From the NCBI GenBank assembly GCA_041659325.1, contig JBAZYN010000001.1, forward strand, positions 3,098 through 67,097: DNA of 64,000 nt, given 5' to 3'. The stretch is from Candidatus Shapirobacteria bacterium. GTDB taxonomy: Bacteria; Patescibacteriota; Microgenomatia; UBA12405. Every line of letters starts with the position of its first letter. Position 1 is the stretch's first letter. The position numbers and the translations under genes are program-made. Under the pieces are notes generated by a model. It saw nothing but the letters and a program-made list of their open reading frames with translations. It was not told the DNA's origin and did no database searches. Below are positions 9,328 through 19,781 of the stretch, piece after piece.

Positions 9328-9837
9328 ATGAAAAAAATAATTTTTATTTTAGGCATTAGTTTTATGTTAGTCGGTTGTGGACAGACCCCCATCCCTTCTT
9401 CTTCCGGTCTCTCTGGTCCCACCCAACCTCCCAAAGATATTTTTACGACTATCAAAGATGCTGTCCAAAAACAATTAGTTTTAAAATGCGAATATACCGA
9501 CGAAGATGGTAGTAAAACCCAGACATATATAAAAGGGCAAACCGTCCGAATGATCGGTCAGGGAGACGACAATAAAAAATTAAATGGTCTGATGAAAGAC
9601 GGTAAATTTTATATCTGGAGTGAAGAAAATATGCAGGGAATGGTCATAGACATTGGCAAAATGGAGGGTGCCTCAATGGGTAAAACTCCTATCAACAGTA
9701 TTGACGATGTCATTGGTGTCTTAGAGTCCCAAAAAGATAAATGTATTGTCTCTCCCGAAAGTACGGGCCTTCTGGATCTTCCCGCCGATATCAAGTTTAC
9801 CGATAGCGGCAGTATTTTTGGTGGAACAGAAAACTAG
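9328..9837 (+). CDS. Lipoprotein (signal peptide with lipobox LVGC)
   Basis: MKKIIFILGISFMLVGCGQ lipoprotein signal; hydrophilic mature domain. Confidence 0.55.
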   Translation: MKKIIFILGISFMLVGCGQTPIPSSSGLSGPTQPPKDIFTTIKDAVQKQLVLKCEYTDEDGSKTQTYIKGQTVRMIGQGDDNKKLNGLMKDGKFYIWSEENMQGMVIDIGKMEGASMGKTPINSIDDVIGVLESQKDKCIVSPESTGLLDLPADIKFTDSGSIFGGTEN

Positions 9838-9855
9838 GTTTATCTCGATTAACCC

Positions 9856-9888
9856 AAAAACCCCCCTTCGATAAACTCAGGGGGGTTT
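9856..9888. terminator. Bidirectional intrinsic terminator (CCCCCCT-11nt-AGGGGGG flanked by A5 and T3) between convergent genes
   Basis: 7-bp GC stem; T5 on the minus strand serves the RRM gene, T3 on the plus strand. Confidence 0.55.
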
Positions 9889-9910
9889 AAGTTTACAAAA
9901 TCAAAATAGC

Positions 9911-10252
9911 TTAGTATCTTGAGCTTCCGCCGCGATAACCGCCGCTTCCGCCTCGTGAATCATGACCGCCGCTGGAATAGTTGTCTCTTCGTGGCGCTCT
10001 TTCTTCCATTGGTTTGGCTTCGTTAACTTTTACGCTTCGACCATCCAATTCTTTGTCATTCCACATATCGATTGCTGCTTGAGCCTGTTCATCGGTCTCC
10101 ATTTCTACAAATCCGAATCCCTTGGACCTGCCGGAGAATTTGTCCATGATAATAATTGCGGATACCACGGTTCCCGCTTGAGCAAATGCTGCTCTCAAAG
10201 TGTCCTCGGTTGTCTGAAAAGACAGGCCGCCGACATACAATTTTTTTGCCAT
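9911..10252 (-). CDS. RRM-domain RNA-binding protein with Gly/Arg-rich tail
   Basis: RNP-2 LYVGGL and RNP-1 KGFGFVEM; C-terminal SGGHDSRGGSGGYRGG. Confidence 0.85.
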   Translation of the reverse strand: MAKKLYVGGLSFQTTEDTLRAAFAQAGTVVSAIIIMDKFSGRSKGFGFVEMETDEQAQAAIDMWNDKELDGRSVKVNEAKPMEERAPRRDNYSSGGHDSRGGSGGYRGGSSRY

Positions 10253-10327
10253 TTTTGGTTAAAAAAATTAATAAATGTAGCGACCTTCTGATCAAATTTA
10301 CTTGACTGACATCACTCTACAGTAGGT

Positions 10328-10358
10328 ATTATACCTTATTTAACAAAAAAAATGTCAA
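10328..10358 (-). promoter_or_regulatory. Candidate sigma70-type promoter for the RRM gene (TTGACA, 19-bp spacer, TATAAT on the minus strand)
   Basis: Hexamers read directly; spacer is 2 bp longer than optimal. Confidence 0.35.
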
Positions 10359-10376
10359 GTAGTCGGGGGCTACCGG

Positions 10377-11267
10377 TTACGACATCGTCCGGGTCATTAT
10401 CCACAAAACCATGCATCGGGCGAGATAGTAGGCATTTTCCGGTACCGAAGGAATTTTGTTTACAATTCTTTCCCACCATCTATACTTTTTCGGTAGACTT
10501 TGTTCCCATACGAGGTATTTATTTTTTATCCTTTCCACAATTTCTTTTGGCTCCATGTCCGAATAATTCAAAATTGACTCTCCCTCAGAAAAAGTCACTC
10601 TGCATTGCGGCATTATCATTGAAACTCCCGGAATTAATCTAAAATAATCCCACTCCGATGTCCCCGAAAGATGCGCCATTATTATTTTGGTTTTTCGGTT
10701 AGTCATGGCACTTTTAATCAGATATCCGATCCCCGAAAACCACTTTCCCTTTTTCCCGCCACCTCCCGGAAACATCGAAACCATTCCACCGTTTTTGACT
10801 ATCGAGGCTGCTTTATTAATACTTTCTATATTTTTCAGGTGGGATACTTCCTTCGGAAGACTCTCGCTCGAGTGGATTTTTCGGAAAATTCTCAGCAATA
10901 AATTATTTAGCTTGTCTCTGTTGTCGAGCAATCGGTAATTTATATGAACCGGAATCAAGTGGTTATCAATATTGGACAACATCCCCAAAAAATTTGAGCT
11001 AATTATAAGAAAGCTGTCTTCTCTCGGTTCCTGTGCTGCTGTCAACACCACCACGTCCGTCATCGCCGGGTGATTTGACACTACAATCACCGGCTCACTC
11101 TTAAGAATGGATTTCAGCCGTCTATTTTTATTAAATACTTTCAGTTTTGTGCCTGTTGCCGTCAAAATCTCGCGCATTATCCCCTGATAACCCAACTTTA
11201 GTGATTTCTCGTTAAAATCTCTTACTATTTTCCCCACCAAAGGCAAACAGTCCAATTTTTTCACCAT
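10377..11267 (-). CDS. Lysophospholipid (1-acyl-sn-glycerol-3-phosphate) acyltransferase family protein
   Basis: VVSNHPAMTDV matches NHxxxxD; FPGGGG lies at the FPEGTR-like position. Confidence 0.55.
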   Translation of the reverse strand: MVKKLDCLPLVGKIVRDFNEKSLKLGYQGIMREILTATGTKLKVFNKNRRLKSILKSEPVIVVSNHPAMTDVVVLTAAQEPREDSFLIISSNFLGMLSNIDNHLIPVHINYRLLDNRDKLNNLLLRIFRKIHSSESLPKEVSHLKNIESINKAASIVKNGGMVSMFPGGGGKKGKWFSGIGYLIKSAMTNRKTKIIMAHLSGTSEWDYFRLIPGVSMIMPQCRVTFSEGESILNYSDMEPKEIVERIKNKYLVWEQSLPKKYRWWERIVNKIPSVPENAYYLARCMVLWIMTRTMS

Positions 11268-11333
11268 TATTATAATCTATCATTCTTTGTTTGCCCCCAT
11301 CAAAGATATTTTTATAATGTAAAATACATACAT

Positions 11334-12404
11334 ATGTCGGTCAATCAGGCTAATTTTAACTATTATCTCCCTGCCGAGTTGATTGCTGCCGCTCCATCAA
11401 ATCCCCGTGATAGCTGCAGGTTAATCACTCTAAACAGGCATACCGGTTCAATAAATCAGACTTATTTTTATAAATTGATCGATCAATTAACCGAAAATGA
11501 TGTTTTAGTTCTTAACCAGAGTAAAGTTTTCCCGGCCCGAATTTTTGGCAAAAAAGAAACGGGCGGCCGGATAGAACTATTATTACTGCGATCCCTCAGT
11601 GACTTCACCTGGACAGCTATCTCAAAGCCGGGTGCCAGAATCGACACCCAACTTATCTTCCCACGGAATCTAAAAGGCAAAGTAGTTAGCCGGACTGTCA
11701 GCACGGGAGAGATAGACATCGAATTTAACCAGAACAAAAATGAATTATTAAAAACATTACACGCAATTGGTCACACCCCCCTTCCTCCATATATTAGCTC
11801 AAAAGAGCCAGAAGCCGATCTTCGCCGCAACTACCAGACTGTTTTTGCCACTGATGTCGGTTCTGCGGCTGCTCCCACCGCCGGGCTTCATTTTACCCAA
11901 AAGCTTTTAAAAAAAATAAAAAGTAAAGGCATCCAATTGGAATATCTTACTCTCCATGTCGGACTTGGAACTTTTCAACCGCTTAGGCAGGAAAACATTA
12001 CCAATAAAAAGCTTCATCTCGAGTACTACGAAATTGCCCCGGACGTGTTAGCCCGACTCAATCAGGCCAAGAGTGCCGGCAAAAGAATTATCGCCGTCGG
12101 CACAACTTCGGCCAGAGCTTTGGAATCAGCTTCAACTGATCAGGGCGTACTTATCCGCGGAACTTCTGCTACCGATATTTTTATCTTTCCACCATACAAA
12201 TTTAAATTTGTCGATAGTCTTATTACCAATTTTCATCTCCCGGAATCAAGCCTATTAATGCTAGTTTCTGCTTTTGTGTCATTCCCCAACACGGTTTTTC
12301 AATATAACGACTTTTTGACATCATCTATCGGACAGGTATATTTAAAAGCCATCGAGAGTAAGTATCTTTTTTTCAGCTTCGGTGACGCTTGTTGGATTTA
12401 TTAA
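11334..12404 (+). CDS. queA: S-adenosylmethionine:tRNA ribosyltransferase-isomerase QueA
   Basis: FNYYLPAELIAAAP, GSAAAPTAGLHFT, VGTTSARALES. Confidence 0.9.
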   Translation: MSVNQANFNYYLPAELIAAAPSNPRDSCRLITLNRHTGSINQTYFYKLIDQLTENDVLVLNQSKVFPARIFGKKETGGRIELLLLRSLSDFTWTAISKPGARIDTQLIFPRNLKGKVVSRTVSTGEIDIEFNQNKNELLKTLHAIGHTPLPPYISSKEPEADLRRNYQTVFATDVGSAAAPTAGLHFTQKLLKKIKSKGIQLEYLTLHVGLGTFQPLRQENITNKKLHLEYYEIAPDVLARLNQAKSAGKRIIAVGTTSARALESASTDQGVLIRGTSATDIFIFPPYKFKFVDSLITNFHLPESSLLMLVSAFVSFPNTVFQYNDFLTSSIGQVYLKAIESKYLFFSFGDACWIY

Positions 12405-12459
12405 CGCCCACTTTCCACATAATTGAATTTTTTTACAATCCGTATATCATTAAATTATT

Positions 12460-12990
12460 ATGAAAAAGCGCCAAACTCCCAAAACCAAAAAAATACCTTC
12501 CGGTTCTTCCCTGTTACCTGTCCTATCTCAAGAGACAATTCAGTGGCAGAGACAAAATATCCCCCTTCTGGCTGGTTTTGTAATCATTGCCGCCTGTTTC
12601 GTTCTGACCCTGACAAAGCTATCGGCCGTCAAGCCCGAGCCAATTGCAGCCAACCCTTCGCCCCCAATCGACACCCAGTCGGTTTCCGACTGTACCCCCT
12701 CTCCGGATATCTTTTCCGGTATCGGTGTCAGGTTGGAGCAAGTTGAAAACAAAGTCCGTGTCCAAAAAACAATTCCCGGATCGCCTGCTGAAAAAAACGA
12801 TATTTTGTCGGGTGATGTTATTTACCGGGTAGACGAAACTCCTGTTGTCGACGTAAACGACGCTGTTGCCAGAATCAGGGGAGAAATTGGCGTTCCTGTA
12901 AGAATTATTTTATATCGCAATAACCTCCGTCTGGACAAGACGATTGTCAGGGACAACATTGTCGACGAAGAAAACTTAATCTGCCGGTAG
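12460..12990 (+). CDS. Membrane-anchored PDZ-domain protein
   Basis: N-terminal TM helix; GIGVRLEQVENKVRVQKTIPGSPAEKNDILSGDVIYRVDETPV is a PDZ fold signature. Confidence 0.6.
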   Translation: MKKRQTPKTKKIPSGSSLLPVLSQETIQWQRQNIPLLAGFVIIAACFVLTLTKLSAVKPEPIAANPSPPIDTQSVSDCTPSPDIFSGIGVRLEQVENKVRVQKTIPGSPAEKNDILSGDVIYRVDETPVVDVNDAVARIRGEIGVPVRIILYRNNLRLDKTIVRDNIVDEENLICR

Positions 12991-12998
12991 TTTTAAAA

Positions 12999-15900
12999 AT
13001 GAAAAAGTCGACCAAGCTTTTATTTGTAATAATTTGTATTATTTTATTTCTATCCGGTTCACTGTTTCTTAGGCTAAAAATCAAAAAACCCGTCAACACA
13101 AGTGTTGTGCCAATGGATATCGAGTTTGCTGCCTCAAAAAAAAGTTCATCAGGGGTCGACCCCCAATCACCAATTATTATCTCCAGTAGTCAAACTCTTG
13201 ATGCCCAAGCCATTTCTCAAGCCATAAAAATTACCCCGGAAGCCGATTACTCGGTCAAAAAAATAAACGATAACTCAGCCGAGCTTAACTTTAGAAAACC
13301 TCTCGAAAAATCAACCGTCTATCAAATTAGTCTAAATCGCTCAAGATGGGCTTTTCAAATCGAGTCTCCCCTTGCCGTTACCGGTTCTTTGCCCGGCAAC
13401 AAATCTACCGATGTCAACCCCAATACCTCAATAGAGTTTTATTTGAATAATCCTGATTTTCTTACATCAGCCAACCAATATTTTAATATTCAGCCATCCG
13501 TTTCCGGCCGTTTTGAAAAACATCAAAATTCTCTCGTGTTCATCCCCTCATCTCTTACCGCCGACACCTTATACACCGTTACTCTTAAAAAGGGATTTCC
13601 TCTGGCCGACAATTCCCAAAAATTACCCGATGATTTTTCTTTTCAATTCGAAACAGGCAATACCGACAAAACTCAAGTTTCGCGTTTTGATTTTCAAAAA
13701 CCCATCTTCGAGTCATCTCCCGACAAACCTCCTATCGCCATTATCAGCAATTGGGATCCGCCCTCTCAAAAAGTAAAAGCCAAGCTTTATCAATTCAACA
13801 GTACTGATTTCCAAGACTGTCTGACCCAAAAGATTGCCCTTCCTTCCTGGGCTCGTCATAGCCGATATTATCGTTGCCAAACTACCGGGAAATCAATTTC
13901 TGAGTTTGAGTTGGACACAAAATCCCCCACAGAATATGGCTCGAAATACCTGGAACTTCCTTCAAAATTACCCATCGGGTATTATGCCCTTGAAGTCATC
14001 AACCCCGACACCTCAATCAGCCAAACATTAATTGAAGTATCACCCCTTTCATGGTTTTATTGGATAGGAGTCGATGATTCTTTGTTTTGGGTAAACGATT
14101 TGGTTTCTCAAAAACCACTTGCCGACGTTAAACTCTTTCTCGGCTCAAAAGAGCTTGGTGCTTCAAATACCGAAGGATTAGTCAAGCTCACTACCCACAG
14201 CGATTTAAAATCCCGTCAAAACCAAATACTAACCATAAAAACCGCCCTCTTTACCGCCTATAATCTCATTGAATATCAGAATACCTATGGCGGCTATTTT
14301 GCTTCTTCCGAAGCCGAAATAGAAAAAAACAAATATTGGTCGTATCTGTACACCGATAGAGCGATATATCTTCCTTCCGACAAGATTAGTTTTTGGGGCA
14401 TCGTAAAATCACGAGCCATCCAATCCCAAGAGCCAATTACCGTCGAGCTCTCCCGGAATTCTTACTCTTATTGGCGAGAGGAAAATTCTTCGGACAATAT
14501 AATCAAAAAAATAGAAATCACCCCATCCAATCATGGCACATTTCAGGGGGTCTTTGATTTCTCCAACCTAAACCCGGGATATTACAGTCTCATTGCCAAA
14601 AAAGGGGACACCTTTATCACCCAACAAGGTTTTTCGGTTGAAACTTTTAAAAAACCCATCTTTCGGATTACAGCTAAACCTCAAAAACTTGTCATCTGGG
14701 CCGGTCAGCCAAACAAAGTTGATCTTTCGGTAAAATTTTATGACGGCACTCCTGTTTCCGAGACCCCAATAGTTTGGAATATGTACGATAGCACCGGAAA
14801 TAAAAAAGGTGAAATTATAACCGACAAGGCCGGAAATGCTAGCCTTGAGATCCCAACCGTTTACGACTCAACAAAAAATTATTGGCCGCAAAATGTCTCG
14901 GTCAACTTCCGACCCAAGGGTATGCAGGAAGCCGACATCGACACCTACACTTCCTTCTTTGTGTTTGGGCCGGAATATAATTTGACCGTAGATTCGGAAA
15001 CCATAGACAGTCAATCCCGGATCACTGTCACCGTAAGAAAAAATGACCTAAGTTTATTAGAGAAATCTCCCTGGAAGAATGAAGGAAACCCGGTGGCAAA
15101 CCAGTCCGTTTCTGTCAAAACCGAACGGGTCTGGTACGACAAAGTAGAAACCGGAGACTACTACGATCCTATCAACAAAATCACCTCAAAAAGATATCGG
15201 TACGATAAAAAAACCGAAGGTGTGTCCAGCCAAAACTTAATCACCGATAGCAACGGCAAGGTCACCTATTCTCAGCCGGTTATCTCCGGTCAGCAATACG
15301 AAATTTTCGTCACTGCAATTGACTCCCAAAATCGGCCTACCAAATCCACTATCTATATTTCCGGCTCCAACTCGTCATCATTCGCTGATTTTTATGCCAA
15401 AACTTCAAAAGACAAGTATTCTCTCGGAGATCAAATAGAAGTATCTCTTAATTACGGCAATGATCCGGCTCCGACTTCCGAACCCAACAAATATCTCATT
15501 TTCTTTGTCAGAAATGGAAAAATTTATAACACGACCGTTTCCGAAAATAATAAACTTAGTTTTCAATTCGGAAACGATTACGTTCCAAATATAATTTTGA
15601 AAAGCGTTTGGTTTAGTGGTTCTACCTACAAGATCAGCAACAATGCCCGTAGCTTCTTGACAAACGGCCTCAACCTCACCTTCGACACCTCATCAAAGGA
15701 GCTGAATATTGATGCAAAAACCGACAAGTCAAAATATCAACCAGGGGAAGAAGCCCTGGTTGAATTATCTGTTAAAAATAACGCCAATCAGCCTCAACCC
15801 AATACCAAAGTCCTTCTTTCGGTGGTAGATGAGTCACTCAGTGATATCGGCGGAATCTCTTCTTCCGGCATCCTATCAGAATTATATTCTTCACTCGGTG

Positions 15901-17831
15901 AAGGTCGATTGGTAGATTATTACTCAAATCAAGTACCCGAAAATGGTGGCGGGGCCGAAGGCGGTGGCGGCGGTGGAGAGAGCCGTTCAGTATTCAAAAA
16001 TACTGTTGCTTTTACCGAACTCACCACCGATGCCACGGGGGTCGCTAAGTACAAACTAAAATTTCCCGACAATATTACCTCCTGGCGGGCTACCATGCTA
16101 GCCGTCGGGAATGATCTCTCGGCCGGAGATGGTCAGTTACTTATTCCTGTTACCAAGCCGCTTTTTGTCGACATAGTGACCAACGACGAATTTATCATCA
16201 CCGATAAACCAAAAATTACTGCCATCAGCTACGGCGAGGGCCTCGACACTGATTCGCAAATTAGTTATTCTCTTAACTCTCCCAGCTTAGGGATAAACCT
16301 CAAAAATATCTCCCAAAAAGCTTTTCTTCCGCTCGAATTTGATTTAGGTCAATTAGTCCCCGGGAAGCACCGCCTCGAGGTCAAGACTTCCTCCGGCAGC
16401 TTCAACGATATCCTGATTAAAACCATAGATGTGGTCAAAAGCCGAAACCTATTGCCAAAACAGGAAATAATAAGTTTAGACAAACAGTACAAGCCAATCT
16501 TTACCAGCCAACGCCCGGTGTACTTTACCTTTATCGACAAAGGCCTGAACTCCCTCTACTCAAAATTAAAACAATTTACCGGCCTCAACTCCTATGGTCT
16601 CAATGAGAGAGTAGACCGCCTAGTTGCAGAAAATATTTCTGTCGGACTTTTATCCCAATATTTTTCCGAAGATACGGTGGAAACCGAAGAAAGCTTTAGC
16701 CGGTATATCCACGAAAAAGGTGTCAGTCTCATGCCCAACTCCGATGCCGATCTGGTATTGACAGCCAAGTTCGCCGCCGCCAATCTTCCGCTCGTCAGTA
16801 AATCTCAGCTTTCCTCCGCCCTCTCGACCTACTTTCGTCAAGAAACTTCCATTGAGCGGGCCAGTGCCGCTCTTTGGGGTCTTTCGGAAACCGGCAAATC
16901 TCTTCTTACCTCCATCGATATCTTATCGAAAGAAAAAAATACTCCCCGGGGCCAAATCTATCTCGGGCTAGCTTTAGCTTCCCAGGGTGATCAAATTTCC
17001 GCCGGGAAGATCCTGAATGAAATTATTGCCAAATACGGCGTAAAACAGGATCCATATCTTTTCATCAAAGTCGACAACAATGAGCAAAATACCCTCGAAA
17101 ATACAGCTTTGGCCATGATCTTATCGGCCAAAGTCGGCTCCATTGAACTGCTTGATAAACTGTGGTCATATCTTGATATTGCCAAATCAGAAGAACAACT
17201 TTATGTCTTGGAAAAAGCCATTACCATAAAATCGTCCATCGCCTCATACCCATCATCACTCTCCGAGTTTGAATATCAGTTATTGGGTCAAAAGTTTACT
17301 AAAAAATTATCCGACGATAAAATCCATACAGTCGTGGTTCCTCAAAACGAATTATCCACTTTCTCTGCCACCCCTATTTCCGGTTCAGTCGATATTATTG
17401 TTCGCTGGTGGGAAGATTTTGACTTATCTCAAGTTACGGTTAACCAAAATATTTCTCTCGATGTTTCTACCGCTCCCATATCCAAAATATCCGGTTCTGA
17501 ATACATGGAGTTTATCGTTACCCCCAAAATTTCCAAAAACACCACCAACGAATCATATTTAGTTTCCGTCAATCTCCCCTCCGGGCTCAGACTAATCGAC
17601 AATCCCTACTTCTATAAAACCCTGAGCGGGAAAAATGAATTTTTCAGTTTCCCATCATATATTGAAAATAACCGGCTCATTTTCCGATCAAATTTTACCT
17701 ATCCTATTCGCTTTTTAGCCCGACCAATCAACAAAGGTCAATTTTCTTTCGAGCCGTCATTTCTTTATTCGTCAAGCACTATTAATCAGCTAAATGTCTC
17801 GAAACCTCATCCTGATATCACTATTAATTAG
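12999..17831 (+). CDS. Giant (1610 aa) secreted alpha-2-macroglobulin-family-like protein; MG/A2M_N domains, no visible CxEQ thioester
   Basis: N-terminal signal anchor; KTDKSKYQPGEEALVELSV...VLLSVVDESL resembles A2M_N; FTELTTDATGVAKYKLKFPDNITSWRATMLAV resembles A2M_N_2; size matches bacterial A2M. Confidence 0.5.
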   Translation: MKKSTKLLFVIICIILFLSGSLFLRLKIKKPVNTSVVPMDIEFAASKKSSSGVDPQSPIIISSSQTLDAQAISQAIKITPEADYSVKKINDNSAELNFRKPLEKSTVYQISLNRSRWAFQIESPLAVTGSLPGNKSTDVNPNTSIEFYLNNPDFLTSANQYFNIQPSVSGRFEKHQNSLVFIPSSLTADTLYTVTLKKGFPLADNSQKLPDDFSFQFETGNTDKTQVSRFDFQKPIFESSPDKPPIAIISNWDPPSQKVKAKLYQFNSTDFQDCLTQKIALPSWARHSRYYRCQTTGKSISEFELDTKSPTEYGSKYLELPSKLPIGYYALEVINPDTSISQTLIEVSPLSWFYWIGVDDSLFWVNDLVSQKPLADVKLFLGSKELGASNTEGLVKLTTHSDLKSRQNQILTIKTALFTAYNLIEYQNTYGGYFASSEAEIEKNKYWSYLYTDRAIYLPSDKISFWGIVKSRAIQSQEPITVELSRNSYSYWREENSSDNIIKKIEITPSNHGTFQGVFDFSNLNPGYYSLIAKKGDTFITQQGFSVETFKKPIFRITAKPQKLVIWAGQPNKVDLSVKFYDGTPVSETPIVWNMYDSTGNKKGEIITDKAGNASLEIPTVYDSTKNYWPQNVSVNFRPKGMQEADIDTYTSFFVFGPEYNLTVDSETIDSQSRITVTVRKNDLSLLEKSPWKNEGNPVANQSVSVKTERVWYDKVETGDYYDPINKITSKRYRYDKKTEGVSSQNLITDSNGKVTYSQPVISGQQYEIFVTAIDSQNRPTKSTIYISGSNSSSFADFYAKTSKDKYSLGDQIEVSLNYGNDPAPTSEPNKYLIFFVRNGKIYNTTVSENNKLSFQFGNDYVPNIILKSVWFSGSTYKISNNARSFLTNGLNLTFDTSSKELNIDAKTDKSKYQPGEEALVELSVKNNANQPQPNTKVLLSVVDESLSDIGGISSSGILSELYSSLGEGRLVDYYSNQVPENGGGAEGGGGGGESRSVFKNTVAFTELTTDATGVAKYKLKFPDNITSWRATMLAVGNDLSAGDGQLLIPVTKPLFVDIVTNDEFIITDKPKITAISYGEGLDTDSQISYSLNSPSLGINLKNISQKAFLPLEFDLGQLVPGKHRLEVKTSSGSFNDILIKTIDVVKSRNLLPKQEIISLDKQYKPIFTSQRPVYFTFIDKGLNSLYSKLKQFTGLNSYGLNERVDRLVAENISVGLLSQYFSEDTVETEESFSRYIHEKGVSLMPNSDADLVLTAKFAAANLPLVSKSQLSSALSTYFRQETSIERASAALWGLSETGKSLLTSIDILSKEKNTPRGQIYLGLALASQGDQISAGKILNEIIAKYGVKQDPYLFIKVDNNEQNTLENTALAMILSAKVGSIELLDKLWSYLDIAKSEEQLYVLEKAITIKSSIASYPSSLSEFEYQLLGQKFTKKLSDDKIHTVVVPQNELSTFSATPISGSVDIIVRWWEDFDLSQVTVNQNISLDVSTAPISKISGSEYMEFIVTPKISKNTTNESYLVSVNLPSGLRLIDNPYFYKTLSGKNEFFSFPSYIENNRLIFRSNFTYPIRFLARPINKGQFSFEPSFLYSSSTINQLNVSKPHPDITIN

Positions 17832-18417
17832 TTTTGCCGTTGGAATCTTTGCCTATACCCGAAAATCAGCCGACGGTTTTACGGTTCTCTTGGTTCCCCA
17901 CAACCATATTTTTCAGCCCAAGATAATGGAGTTTATGGACAGACAATACCACCCAAATATTAAAAATATCATAATCCTGGGAACCAATCATGCCGATGCC
18001 GGTCCTGTGATTCTAAAAAGTGACGACGATTACAGCATCCAAAATATTGTCCCAGTTGTCAAAAAAATGTATCCAACCGCCAACATAATGCCTTATATTT
18101 TTCGTCCCGGCCACGATCTTCTCCAAACTCTATCCTTTTCCGAGGATATCAAAAAAATCTACCACCCCGACAACACGGTTATTATCGCCTCAGTTGATTT
18201 CTCTCACTATACCTCCTTGTCGCAGGCAGATGTCTTTGACCAGGAAACCATTACTGCCCTTAGAAACAGGGACTACAACCAATTAATCACCTGGGGGCCG
18301 GAGCACACTGACTGCCCGGACTGTTTAATCGTATCATCGAATTTAGGCGACAGCTTCTCCCTTACCGGCAGAGAGTATCTTGACGGGACTAGCTATATTT
18401 TTGGTATTTTCCGCTGA
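17794..18417 (+). CDS. Memo-like (AmmeMemoRadiSam system protein B / MEMO1 family) protein
   Basis: LLVPHNHIF and ASVDFSHYTSLSQADVFDQETI resemble the Memo-family His and Asp motifs; N-terminal TM helix. Confidence 0.45.
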   Translation: MSRNLILISLLISFAVGIFAYTRKSADGFTVLLVPHNHIFQPKIMEFMDRQYHPNIKNIIILGTNHADAGPVILKSDDDYSIQNIVPVVKKMYPTANIMPYIFRPGHDLLQTLSFSEDIKKIYHPDNTVIIASVDFSHYTSLSQADVFDQETITALRNRDYNQLITWGPEHTDCPDCLIVSSNLGDSFSLTGREYLDGTSYIFGIFR

Positions 18418-19032
18418 TTACTCCTCATCCTCACCGATTTCCTCAAAGTCCGAATTACCATAATCAGAGGTATTTGTCGCTCCTTCGCTTACCGGTTTAT
18501 CACTACTTTCCTCAGGAATAACCATCTTAAATGATTCAATGATTGTTTCAAATACCTCTCCCATTCTCGGTGATGTTAAAAAATTTCCTTCGATGGTAAA
18601 CAAAATCGCCTCGTCGATTGTTCCCACCACCGTTTTCCCGTCATTGAAAGTAATTTTTTTCGCCTTTAATCCCGACAACAAAATATCTTCAACCTTTCCG
18701 CCAACAACCGCTTTGTCGCTCTTCACCCAGGCGTCAACCTTGGCATATTCTGTATCCTTTGCCATTATCAATATTTCTCCACCATTTTCTTGGTCACTAA
18801 TTTTCAGATTGGCATAATTGACTTTATCGTCAGGGTGGTTGTCAATCTTTAGTCTTTCGGGATATTCAAAAACAAATCCGGCCGGATCCTTCCACTCCAC
18901 CAATTTATCTACGATTACGGTAGGTGACGGCGCTATTTCTGTCGGGGTTACCGATGTCTCAGTTTTCTTGCATCCGCCCAAAATTGCTGTAAAAATCATG
19001 GCAATTATTATCAATCCGATTTTATTTTTCAT
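18418..19032 (-). CDS. Lipoprotein with acidic C-terminal tail
   Basis: Lipobox ILGGC; C-terminus EEIGEDEE. Confidence 0.5.
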   Translation of the reverse strand: MKNKIGLIIIAMIFTAILGGCKKTETSVTPTEIAPSPTVIVDKLVEWKDPAGFVFEYPERLKIDNHPDDKVNYANLKISDQENGGEILIMAKDTEYAKVDAWVKSDKAVVGGKVEDILLSGLKAKKITFNDGKTVVGTIDEAILFTIEGNFLTSPRMGEVFETIIESFKMVIPEESSDKPVSEGATNTSDYGNSDFEEIGEDEE

Positions 19033-19056
19033 AATTGTAGGGTATCATAACTCATT

Positions 19057-19485
19057 ATGAAAAAGAATATTCCTTGCCTGATTTTTGTTACACTGGCGAC
19101 ATTGATTTTTTTTACACCTGCCTCTGCTCAGGCAGCAAAAAAAAGGGTATTTAAATCAGGATCGTCTGGCTCTAATTTGTCTACCGGTACACCCGCCGTC
19201 TATCTCAGCCTCCGCCGCGACCGTCTGGCCCTAAACATGTCCTTCGTCAACCTCAAGGCCACCAAATCGGCCACCTACGAGTTAACTTATCAAGGTAGTG
19301 GCAATGATCAGGGGGTATTTGGGTCTGTAAAACCAACGGAGTCGGGCCAGCGCACCCTATATTTTGGTACCTGCTCGCATGCCGTTTGTAACCCCCACAA
19401 AAATATCCAAAATATGAGATTGTCAATAAAATATACCCTAAATAATGGTAAAACCATTTCCAAAAGGTATAAAGTAAAAGTCTAA
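19057..19485 (+). CDS. Secreted hypothetical protein
   Basis: Signal peptide ...FFTPASAQA followed by AKK. Confidence 0.45.
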   Translation: MKKNIPCLIFVTLATLIFFTPASAQAAKKRVFKSGSSGSNLSTGTPAVYLSLRRDRLALNMSFVNLKATKSATYELTYQGSGNDQGVFGSVKPTESGQRTLYFGTCSHAVCNPHKNIQNMRLSIKYTLNNGKTISKRYKVKV

Positions 19486-19781
19486 GACCGAACTTTTTTT
19501 ATCTTAATCCCATACATTATTATCCCTTTCCCGTCGGTATCTGCGATTCGTCTAAATACACACTTTACTTTATCTCCGATTTCCAAAAGCTCGTTATCAA
19601 CACCCATTAATTCCCGGCATTCGTCCCCAAATCTAACCAGAGAAAAGGTATACGGGGCCATATTTTGCAACATCAAGGGCGGCACTCGGATAGTCGTCGT
19701 CGCCACCACCTCTCCCTCTTTACCTATTATTTTTGCCCACCCCTTGTTGGCTCTCCAATATTCTGCCGGATATCCTTTCAC
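19482..19781 (-). CDS. DUF35-like OB-fold protein (partner of the archaeal thiolase/HMG-CoA synthase complex), lacking the Zn-ribbon
   Basis: VPPLMLQNMAPYTFSLVRFGDECRELMGVDNELLEIGDKVKCVF resembles the DUF35 OB-fold; 4-nt overlap with the thiolase gene. Confidence 0.55.
   Translation of the reverse strand: MKGYPAEYWRANKGWAKIIGKEGEVVATTTIRVPPLMLQNMAPYTFSLVRFGDECRELMGVDNELLEIGDKVKCVFRRIADTDGKGIIMYGIKIKKVRS

Noticed and set aside
12999-17831. Thioester (CxEQ) site in the A2M-like protein
   Set aside because: Not found on reading the translation; the protein is annotated as A2M-like without a thioester instead of asserting the motif.
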